From positions 1-60,874 of IMG/VR virus record IMGVR_UViG_3300046018_000110: DNA of 60,874 bases; one strand, written 5' to 3'. Position numbers and translations under genes: made by a program. This document shows positions 25,078-32,289 of the stretch, piece by piece. The notes beneath the pieces are model-generated. The model had not been told where the DNA came from and searched no databases. It saw only the letters and a list, made by a program, of their open reading frames with translations. How positions within the stretch are numbered: position 1 is the first letter of the stretch; every line of letters starts with the position of its first letter. The DNA is from a virus (lineage: Duplodnaviria > Caudoviricetes).

Positions 25078-25427
25078 GCGATGCCACCGAACGCGAGGCT
25101 GTAGTGGTTGCCGTCGCTGCCGCTGCGGAAGCGGCCGCCCCAGGTGCCGCCGATGCTTTCCCAGAACAGGCCCAGGGGCTTGTGATCCTCGGTCGCCGCG
25201 AGGTACTTGCCGTCCTTGTCGAACAGGTTCAGGTCGACGGCCAGCCGCTGCTTGTGCGCGCTGTTGGCCTCCCCATAGCCCTCGCGGACCCCCATGGCGC
25301 CGAAGACGCGCGGGTCGCGGTAGGCGTCTCCCCAGGTCACCAGATACCCCTTGGCGGCCGCTTCGATGAGCAGATGGGCCACCATCTGGGTATGCGCCGC
25401 CTGGGCTTTCAAGAGTTCGCTCATCAC
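25074..25427 (-). CDS. Peptidase M15 family endolysin
   Basis: AYR...SAHKQRLAVDLNL...WGGRF...DGNHYS (SxH-x6-D...H zinc ligands). Confidence 0.85.
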   Translation of the reverse strand: MMSELLKAQAAHTQMVAHLLIEAAAKGYLVTWGDAYRDPRVFGAMGVREGYGEANSAHKQRLAVDLNLFDKDGKYLAATEDHKPLGLFWESIGGTWGGRFRSGSDGNHYSLAFGGIA

Positions 25428-26026
25428 AGGGCTCCTTGTTCGTTGGCGATCACGTCGGCGATCGTGTAGTGGCGGGGGGACTTGTCAGCGTGTCTGTCGA
25501 TCGCTGACGCTGCAGCGGCGTTCAAGCGCGGGTAGAACGGCACGCTGCGCGGCGGCCGGTCGTCCGTGCACTTGCCCTGCATCTGGGCGTCGCGCCAGAC
25601 AGCGAGGCTCACCAGGGCCTTGGTCAGGTGCGGCACGCCGGTACCGGGGACCGGGTCGCCGTCCGCGTCGAGCTCGACGGTGTCAGGATCGAGATCCTCG
25701 CCCTCCCAGAACGCGATCATGTGGCGCATCGTGGCGTCGTAGTAGACGCTGCTGCGCACGCCGACGGCGCGGAAGTTGTGGCGCCCGTACTTCACTGCGC
25801 CCTCCAGCATCGCGGTACCCATCTCGGCCACCACGTTCATGGGTAGGCACGACATTGGCGCCTTGCGCACGCCGACGCTGTCCTTCGGGTTCGATAACTT
25901 CACCCCGGCCTCGCGGGCGCACCACGAGCAATCCTCCACTGGGCAATACCCCCGCTCCATTCGATCAGGGTCATTGCACCGCAAACACGTGGCCCCGCTG
26001 GCGGACCTCTTCAGTTCTTCACTCAT
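25424..26026 (-). CDS. dATP/dGTP diphosphohydrolase-domain protein (DUF5664-like)
   Basis: NPKDSVG..KAPMSCLP...GAVKYGRHNFR...YYDATMRH...WEGEDLDPD...PHL; ATG overlaps the polymerase stop. Confidence 0.8.
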   Translation of the reverse strand: MSEELKRSASGATCLRCNDPDRMERGYCPVEDCSWCAREAGVKLSNPKDSVGVRKAPMSCLPMNVVAEMGTAMLEGAVKYGRHNFRAVGVRSSVYYDATMRHMIAFWEGEDLDPDTVELDADGDPVPGTGVPHLTKALVSLAVWRDAQMQGKCTDDRPPRSVPFYPRLNAAAASAIDRHADKSPRHYTIADVIANEQGAL

Positions 26027-28659
26027 TTCCTGAACCTCCGTGATTCCCAGGCCTCGTAGGCCACGGGCAAATCCTTGTACCAATCCGCCTGAATGCACAT
26101 CAGGCGGCCCATCTCGTCGGGCGAGCCGAAGCCCACCTTCACTTGCGCAGTCAGCTCGTCATGCGTCCGCATGACGACCGGGTAGCCGGCCTCTTCGATC
26201 GTGATCGAGCCGTGGATCAGCGCGTCGCGCGCGCTGGCCTGCACGCCGCTCTGGAAGATGCTCGACCCGATGAGCTTGTCGCGGCGCCACTGGGTCGTGA
26301 CCGCGTCGACCTGCATCACCGTGACGACGTCCTTCATCGCGCCCCAGGGGGTCTGCTTGTGCTCCACCAGCGGCGCAGCCCAGGTGATCTTGCGGCCGCT
26401 CGGCAGCTGCATGAACAGGAAGTTGTTGACGACGACGAGTCTCAGCTTCCCGAACGGCAGCGCGCAGTGCACGCGTCCCTTCCAGTCGGTGTACTCGCGG
26501 CGGCCCATGTCGAACACGACGCCCGGGTTCTGCACGGCCTGGATGGAGATGTCGCCCAAGCGGTACCACGCCGCCTGGACGCGGAAGTACTCCCGGCGGT
26601 ACACGTCGACTGCCTCCTGGGCCTCGGGCAAGGAGACCATCATGCCGAATCCCGCGGCGTAGTCGATATACCCCTGCGCGCCCAGGCCGAACATGCAGTT
26701 GTGGGCGATGATCGGCCCCGCGTCAGTGACGACCGTGAACCGGTTCCTGGGCCCGCAGTTGAGGATGTCGTAGGTACGGACCTCGGCAACGATCCTGCTG
26801 CGGACCGGCTCGCGGGTGAGGAACGGGCCCGAGATGTCGAAGCGGCTCGGGTCTCTCCCCGCCATCAAAGCGCCCTCAACCTCCACCGAATCGGCACGCT
26901 GCCAGCCCTCGTCGCTCAAGATTAGATGCTCAGGGGTTACTCGAAGGCCGATGAAGTTGATTACCGACTTGTATCCTTGGTCGACTACCCCGCCGTGTTG
27001 AACCCACTCTTGCCCGTCCCAGATCCGATCGGTGGGCATCACCTCGTCAATCCGTACGGGACCCCGCAGGGTACGCACCCGGGTGCCCGCCCCAAAGCAG
27101 CCCAGCACCGGTGGCTTCGCCCGCTTCCGCTGCTCCTTCGTGACTTCCTCGTAGGGGATCCCGAACAGGCGGGAGGCAAAAGTCTTGTACTCATCGAGCC
27201 CTGTGCGGAACAACTCCAGCTTGTCGTCCTGGCCCGCGATCCAGGCGCTGAAGCGGTTCTCGACGCTGCTGAAGTCGGCGTCGTAGAAGGTGTATCCCTC
27301 GGGGCACTTGATCACGCCGCGCACGAGGCTCACTGCTGCGTCCATCACCCCGTCGCCGTACATCATGTGGGCCAGGGAATGGTCCCCGGTGCCGAAGATC
27401 TCGAACGCTTCGAGGATCTGGTCGGGCGTCAGCGTCGGCGAGGCGAGGTTCTGCACGTTGACACCGCCGCGCGAGGCATCGCGGCCGGTGCTCGCGCCGT
27501 GATAGACATACATCCCCTTCAACGTCCCGTCGCTGGCGAGGCGAGCACTCATGCTTGCCAACTTGGCGGTCGACGTCTGCGCCACCGCGGCGCGGATCTC
27601 CAGGGCCCGCACGACCTGGGCGGGCAGCGTAGCGCGCGACAGCAGCGCACGCTCGATGGTTTCCTTCTGCGCGTCGGGCAGCAGGGGCTCGTAGGTTGTG
27701 TGCAGCCGCGCCGGCTCCCCGGCCTCTTCGTCACCGGGGATCTCGATGACCTTGGGCTGCGGGCCCGCCTGCTCGTTCACCCAGGCCAGGAACTGGTCCC
27801 GGGCCGCGCCCGACTCGACAGCGCCGCTGGTGACCAGGGCCATCTGTTCGTTGAGCCGCTCGACCTCGGCGGCCACGATGTCGGCGATGCGCTGCACCTC
27901 ACCGGCGTCGACCGGGATGCCGCGCATGTTGACGATGTGTGTCTGCACCCACACGCGCTGCTCGTACTTCGAGAGCGGCTTCATCTTGAGCGAGACCGCG
28001 ACCTCCGCCACGACGTCCTGGCGGCAGTAGTCGTAGAGCTCCTGCAGCAGCGCAGGGTCGTTGATCCAGCGGCCACCCTTCTCTTCCCAGTGCTTGTAGC
28101 GGGTCTGGGCGGACTTGTAGTCCCCCGGCCGCTTGTAGCGCTCGGGCGCGCGCACCTCGGGTGGCTCCTGAGGGCAGCACAGGAGCTTGATCAGCTCCTT
28201 CCCGCGCTTGCTCTTGAGCTTGTCCTCGCTGAGTTTCAGCGCGATCGCGCACTTGTCCAGGGACTGGGGAAGATTGAGCGCGGCGGCTTCGGCCATCGAG
28301 TCCACGCACTGCTCCAGCTTCAGCTCGGGCCAGCCGTACAGGGGCACACAGAACTGGTTCCAGACGCAGTACTCGAAGAATACGTTCCACCCCCGAATGC
28401 GTCCCCCATTGCGAACGTGTTCGAGCAAATCATGCAGAGTGAAACTGAGAAGCGTCGTGGGCGTCCACACCTCCGGCATCGCGTCGGGCGCCATGACGAA
28501 CGCCATGCACAGGACCGCCGCCTCCGGATCCGCGAAGTACCGCGCCAGCCCAAGCTTGATGTCGGTGCCAGAGCGGAACTCGAAGTCCACCGAGGGATCC
28601 AGGCGCCGGAGCTTCGGGACCGCCTCGGCGACCGGAGTGAGGACGGCCTCTTCGGTCAC
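26023..28659 (-). CDS. polA: Family A DNA polymerase with 3'-5' exonuclease, intein-containing
   Basis: DFEFRS exo I, YCRQDV exo III, HGASTGR, ADFSSVENR motif A, RxxxKxxxLG motif B, HDE motif C; GTG start coupled to the upstream gene. Confidence 0.93.
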   Translation of the reverse strand: MTEEAVLTPVAEAVPKLRRLDPSVDFEFRSGTDIKLGLARYFADPEAAVLCMAFVMAPDAMPEVWTPTTLLSFTLHDLLEHVRNGGRIRGWNVFFEYCVWNQFCVPLYGWPELKLEQCVDSMAEAAALNLPQSLDKCAIALKLSEDKLKSKRGKELIKLLCCPQEPPEVRAPERYKRPGDYKSAQTRYKHWEEKGGRWINDPALLQELYDYCRQDVVAEVAVSLKMKPLSKYEQRVWVQTHIVNMRGIPVDAGEVQRIADIVAAEVERLNEQMALVTSGAVESGAARDQFLAWVNEQAGPQPKVIEIPGDEEAGEPARLHTTYEPLLPDAQKETIERALLSRATLPAQVVRALEIRAAVAQTSTAKLASMSARLASDGTLKGMYVYHGASTGRDASRGGVNVQNLASPTLTPDQILEAFEIFGTGDHSLAHMMYGDGVMDAAVSLVRGVIKCPEGYTFYDADFSSVENRFSAWIAGQDDKLELFRTGLDEYKTFASRLFGIPYEEVTKEQRKRAKPPVLGCFGAGTRVRTLRGPVRIDEVMPTDRIWDGQEWVQHGGVVDQGYKSVINFIGLRVTPEHLILSDEGWQRADSVEVEGALMAGRDPSRFDISGPFLTREPVRSRIVAEVRTYDILNCGPRNRFTVVTDAGPIIAHNCMFGLGAQGYIDYAAGFGMMVSLPEAQEAVDVYRREYFRVQAAWYRLGDISIQAVQNPGVVFDMGRREYTDWKGRVHCALPFGKLRLVVVNNFLFMQLPSGRKITWAAPLVEHKQTPWGAMKDVVTVMQVDAVTTQWRRDKLIGSSIFQSGVQASARDALIHGSITIEEAGYPVVMRTHDELTAQVKVGFGSPDEMGRLMCIQADWYKDLPVAYEAWESRRFRK
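26698..27099 (-). mobile_element. Mini-intein (134 aa, no homing endonuclease) in PolA motif B
   Basis: C1 (CFGAGTRV), block B TPEH, block F TYDI, terminal HN followed by Cys+1. Confidence 0.92.
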
Positions 28660-29015
28660 GCCGCGAGGTCCGACTGCACCTGCAGCTTGATGCCGTAGTT
28701 CTGGCCCCGCTTCGTGAAACGCCACGTGCCGGTGACCTTGCCATCGCGGAGGGCCTTGACGACGTCTTCGAGGTCGCCCAGGAACATGACCACCGACTTG
28801 CCGTTGGACTCACGGGTCCACGTCATGTAGGCCGCGCTGCGACCACGGTGCGCGCCGCCCCAGGTCAGGGTGTCGTTGAACGGCACGTTGTCGCGCCACT
28901 CGGGGCCCCCCGGATGGCGCGCCGCGCCGGCGCCTTCCCACCCCCAGTTCGTGGGGAAGTGCTGCTGGTTCCCGTCCTTGTCGAACGGGATCTGGTAGTT
29001 GCCCACCTTGCTCAT
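28656..29015 (-). CDS. Conserved hypothetical phage protein
   Basis: GRSAAY...WRFTKRGQNYGI; coupled. Confidence 0.65.
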   Translation of the reverse strand: MSKVGNYQIPFDKDGNQQHFPTNWGWEGAGAARHPGGPEWRDNVPFNDTLTWGGAHRGRSAAYMTWTRESNGKSVVMFLGDLEDVVKALRDGKVTGTWRFTKRGQNYGIKLQVQSDLAA

Positions 29016-29116
29016 CGGTTTCTCCAGGGACAGTTGTGGCTTCGGTGACCCTCCCGCCCGCAGAACACGCAGATCTTCTCCGCGATGCTGTGGAGCAGGA
29101 GGGACAGTCGGTTCAC
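29012..29116 (-). CDS. 34-aa CCHC zinc-knuckle microprotein
   Basis: MNRLSLLLHSIAEKICVFCGREGHRSHNCPWRNR (C-x2-C-x4-H-x4-C); stop overlaps the next ATG. Confidence 0.65.
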   Translation of the reverse strand: MNRLSLLLHSIAEKICVFCGREGHRSHNCPWRNR

Positions 29117-29156
29117 TTCGCGCTCTTGGCGGCCGGCGGGAACAGCTGCGTCAGCG

Positions 29157-29261
29157 TCAGCGCGGGAACTGACCACAAATCACGACGAGAGCCAGGGCAG
29201 CCAGCGCGGCCCAGACGAGGCCGCGCAGTACGGCGTAGAGGGAGGAGACTTCACGTTGCAT
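29157..29261 (-). CDS. 34-aa hydrophobic peptide
   Basis: MQREVSSLYAVLRGLVWAALAALALVVICGQFPR after an AAGGA Shine-Dalgarno (SD) sequence. Confidence 0.5.
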   Translation of the reverse strand: MQREVSSLYAVLRGLVWAALAALALVVICGQFPR

Positions 29262-29287
29262 ATCGATCCTTCTGGAACAGTTGGTGA

Positions 29288-29375
29288 TGGTGGGGAGGGC
29301 TGGATTCAAACCAACACGGCTCTAGGCCGACCTCGGGGTTACAGCCCGGTGCCCTCTCGAATAGGCGTCCTCCCC
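29288..29375 (-). tRNA. Atypical tRNA-Tyr(GTA) with a long variable arm
   Basis: GGGGAGG/CCTCCCC-A-CCA acceptor, CTGTAAC loop, variable stem CGGC/GCCG, T-loop TTTGAAT. Confidence 0.8.
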
Positions 29376-29467
29376 GAGAAACTGGTGGACCGCATCCCAC
29401 GGCCCAGGCACCCCATTTCAGGCTGCTCTGTCCCGTCATCACAACGGGCGTATTTCCTCTGAAGCAA

Positions 29468-29503
29468 GTAAGCGACTCTAACCTTCGCTCACTCGCCTGT
29501 CAA
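29468..29503 (-). promoter_or_regulatory. Sigma70 promoter with perfect operator GTAAG-N5-CTAAC over the -10
   Basis: TTGACA (29503-29498)-17 bp-TAGAGT (29480-29475). Confidence 0.8.
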
Positions 29504-29509
29504 TGGGTT

Positions 29510-30145
29510 TCAGCCCATCATCGCGTCGTCATCGTCTTCTTCGTCCTCGAACGAGCCGAAGTCGTCCTCGGCCGACGAGACGTTGGCCAGCGGGTCACCG
29601 GCCTTCGTCTTCTGGACGCTGTTCAGGTACGCGCCGGCGCCGCCGGTGCCCTTGGTGTAGGCGCCCATGTTGATGGACACGCGACCCCAGTCACCGGACT
29701 TCACCTCGCGCCGGGTGAGCGCGACGCGGCGGCCGCGCTCGTCCTTCTGGGTGCCGATGACCTCCGGCGGATCCTTCGGGTTGCCTTCCTCGTCCTCGGC
29801 GCCGGTCTTGCAGTTCAACACGTAGCACCCTTTGGCCGCTTCGCCCAGGCTGTCGCCGTTTTGCTTGGTGTCGGTGTCACCGTCGCGCAACGGGTACCAG
29901 AACTTCGGCGGCAGCGGCTTCTTCTTGGACAGCCACATGTCTTGCTGCAGATCCTTGATCGCGGCCTTGATTGCGGCCACGTCTTCGGTGTTGGTCTTGG
30001 GGATCAGCACCGCCACAGAGAAATCGTACTTCCCGCTCTCGGTGTTCAGCTTGGCCTTGAACACGTTGAGGTAGGAGAACCGGACGGGCTTGCCTTTGGT
30101 GGCGCCCAGGATCAACTTCACTCGCAGACTCTTCTCTTCAGCCAT
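29510..30145 (-). CDS. Single-stranded DNA-binding protein (DUF2815/Enc34-like)
   Basis: VRFSYLNVF, LIPK, PLRDGD, LNSVQK motifs and an acidic C-terminal tail. Confidence 0.88.
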   Translation of the reverse strand: MAEEKSLRVKLILGATKGKPVRFSYLNVFKAKLNTESGKYDFSVAVLIPKTNTEDVAAIKAAIKDLQQDMWLSKKKPLPPKFWYPLRDGDTDTKQNGDSLGEAAKGCYVLNCKTGAEDEEGNPKDPPEVIGTQKDERGRRVALTRREVKSGDWGRVSINMGAYTKGTGGAGAYLNSVQKTKAGDPLANVSSAEDDFGSFEDEEDDDDAMMG

Positions 30146-30392
30146 TTCTCATTCACTCCAGCTAACGTCCGCAAACCCCGGCGGACACGGTGGTCCCCGT
30201 CTCTCCGGGGTGTCACGCTTCAGTTCCTCTGCCTTGCGTAGCAGCAGCGCGATTTCAAGGTGGGTGCTCCTGCTTACGACAGCAGTTCATTAGCTGGTCC
30301 CACTTCAGGCTAAACCCCGCACCAGGGCTTTCGCATCTTCCAGAGGCTTCGCGGCTTGCGGCGCTAAGCTTGTGGTACTCCGACAAATCGAT
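30146..30392 (-). ncRNA. Candidate structured RNA/leader upstream of ssb
   Basis: Nested stems TCGCGC/GCGTGA and CTGC/GCAG; hairpins CCCCG-GAGAGA-CGGGG and GTCCGC/GCGGAC. Confidence 0.45.
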
Positions 30393-30593
30393 TCAGTTCG
30401 TCTCGGCCTCGGCCGGCTTCTCCAGGTTGTCGAAGAGCCACTTCTGCAGCTCGTTGTACGACCGGAACACGTAGATGTCATCGGGCGGATCACCCTCGAT
30501 CGTCACGGTGTACCCATTCACGCCGACGGAGATCCCGATCCAGGTCAGGCCCAGGTCGGTCGTCACGACCACGGGCTTCTTGGCAGCACTCAT
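30393..30593 (-). CDS. Hypothetical protein
   Basis: Coupled ORF; NGYTV...YVF motif. Confidence 0.55.
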   Translation of the reverse strand: MSAAKKPVVVTTDLGLTWIGISVGVNGYTVTIEGDPPDDIYVFRSYNELQKWLFDNLEKPAEAETN

Positions 30594-31513
30594 TCGTCAT
30601 CATCCTCGGGGTAATCATCGTCAGCCCCATCGATGCCCAGGCTCTTGCGATGCCAGCGGGACAGGGGCAGTTCGACCACGCCAGCGTAGCCGGGGTCGGG
30701 CCAGTGGTTCATCATCTTGCAGTCCGCGATGCGCTGCAGGTTCGACATGGCGACGCGGTGAGCGCCGCGGATCACTTCGCGAGGTAGGCTGTACAGGCCC
30801 ACCTGATGCGGCGGCTCGCTGTCGACCGCCAGGAAGCACCAGTCCTCCAGCATCTCGCCCTGCGTGGCCAGCGAGTAGACGTGCCGATAGAACGCCTCCT
30901 GCACGTCGTAGCGGTAGTCCTCGATGGACCGGGTGAACTTGTGCGGCCGCGCGTCGCGGGTGGTCTTCAAGTCCACCGCGCGCCCGACCTTCGCGGCGAG
31001 GTAGTCGAAGCGGCACTTCACCAGCAGGCCCGTCGCCGGGTCCACTGCGTAGTACGACTGCTCCGCCAGCGCTCCGGCGCGACGCATGTCTCCGAGCAGC
31101 TTGCTGGCTTCCGGGTGCGCGTAGACAGTGTCGCGCATGGCGCTGGCGAGCTCGTAGTGCTTCTCGCTCAGCAGGGTCTGGCCGCGCGCCGCGCAGTCCG
31201 CGAGCAGTTGAGCCTTGTCGGCCTTGCCCTGCTTCGTGCGCAGGTTGAACTCCGGCGCCACGATGTAGTCGGTGCCGAACAGGTCGGGCTCGAGGATCGC
31301 GCTGTGCGTGGCGCTGCCCAGATCCCAGGCTTCCTTATGCTCGCGCGGCGGCCGCTTGGGGTTGATGTAGTTGTTCCAGTAGACGCGCGGCCCCTCCGCC
31401 ATCGCGTCCAGGCGCGACTTCGACTCACCTGGGCCGCCGTGGTACTGCTCGTTGGTGCAGTCGACCAGCCCGAGCAGTTGCTCGGGCTCGGCGGGGAGCG
31501 CGCGCTTGGTCAC
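30590..31513 (-). CDS. RecE/exonuclease VIII-like PD-(D/E)XK nuclease (DUF3799-like)
   Basis: NEQYH, GSATHSAILEP, KCRFD, VDLKTT, YDVQEAFY. Confidence 0.88.
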   Translation of the reverse strand: MTKRALPAEPEQLLGLVDCTNEQYHGGPGESKSRLDAMAEGPRVYWNNYINPKRPPREHKEAWDLGSATHSAILEPDLFGTDYIVAPEFNLRTKQGKADKAQLLADCAARGQTLLSEKHYELASAMRDTVYAHPEASKLLGDMRRAGALAEQSYYAVDPATGLLVKCRFDYLAAKVGRAVDLKTTRDARPHKFTRSIEDYRYDVQEAFYRHVYSLATQGEMLEDWCFLAVDSEPPHQVGLYSLPREVIRGAHRVAMSNLQRIADCKMMNHWPDPGYAGVVELPLSRWHRKSLGIDGADDDYPEDDDE

Positions 31514-31782
31514 TCGCTCTTCTCGGTGGCCGCGTACACACCGGTGCCGTCGGCCTTCAGCAGCTGCAGCGGCGCCGGCTCGATGGGCTTCGGGTTGGCC
31601 TCGGCCGTGGCCTGGGTCAGCTCCAGGGAGGCGCTGGTGCACAGCACCTCCCAGTACTTGCCCAGGAAGGCGGCCATGATGTTGGACTGCGACGTCTTGT
31701 CGTTGACGTTGCTCGTTGTGATCTGACACTCCATCGCGGTGTTGTCCGCGTTGTCGGTCAGCAGGATCTGGACTTGGGTCAT
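31510..31782 (-). CDS. Hypothetical protein
   Basis: ORF with GAGG SD, coupled to the next gene. Confidence 0.55.
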   Translation of the reverse strand: MTQVQILLTDNADNTAMECQITTSNVNDKTSQSNIMAAFLGKYWEVLCTSASLELTQATAEANPKPIEPAPLQLLKADGTGVYAATEKSE

Positions 31783-31862
31783 CGGGGTTCCTCAGTGGTG
31801 TTGGGTGGGGCGGCGCTGATGTCTGTCACCGAGCTTTGAAGGACTGTGCCAACCCCCGTTGA

Positions 31863-32288
31863 TCAGACGGCGTGCGTGCCCTCGACGCCGCGCCGCATGC
31901 GCTCCAGCGTGCGCTGCTGCAGCCAGTGCTGGGCTTCTTCGATGTGGGACAGCGCGCACGCGTTGGCCTTGGTCTTGAACGGCCCGTTCTGGAACGAGCG
32001 CAGGCGGTCGGCCACGATGGCCAAGAGCGCCTCGTGCGTCACGCCGTTCACACCGACGTCGGCGATCGGCCCGTTCTGGAACAGGACAGCGATGCCCGAC
32101 GCGCCGATGCCGGCTTCGTTCAACTGGTCGTTCAACTTCTCCAGGCTCTCCACGCCAGGGTGCTCCGCGGGGTCGAAGCCCGTGACGACGTAGACGTGGT
32201 TGGCCCCGCCGCTGCCCGGCTCGTCGAGGACATGGATGTCCAGGGTGTCATTGGCGGGGTTGACCTTGTGCTCTTGCAGGGTTCGCAT
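31863..32288 (-). CDS. tad1: Tad1-like anti-Thoeris/anti-CBASS sponge protein
   Basis: FQNGPI..VGVNGV..EALL....DRL..FQ..PF...NA.A...IEEA..WL..RT..R..RGVEGT matches the Tad1 family pattern. Confidence 0.82.
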   Translation of the reverse strand: MRTLQEHKVNPANDTLDIHVLDEPGSGGANHVYVVTGFDPAEHPGVESLEKLNDQLNEAGIGASGIAVLFQNGPIADVGVNGVTHEALLAIVADRLRSFQNGPFKTKANACALSHIEEAQHWLQQRTLERMRRGVEGTHAV

Positions 32289-32289
32289 C

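Noticed and set aside
24515-28659. Complete 2-aminoadenine (Z) genome pathway
   Set aside because: No PurZ/adenylosuccinate-synthetase-like ORF recognised
29317-29329. Amber-suppressor anticodon (CTA) or genome recoding
   Set aside because: CTA lies in the variable-arm loop, the true anticodon loop is CTGTAAC, and genes are not interrupted by TAG
29376-29405. Permuted two-piece tmRNA
   Set aside because: The GGGGAGG after the CCA pairs with its own tRNA-Tyr 3' strand, not with the upstream acceptor strand; no tag reading frame found
31783-31862. Possible riboswitch in the 80-nt gap after tad1
   Set aside because: Only a weak enclosing stem; no recognisable aptamer consensus
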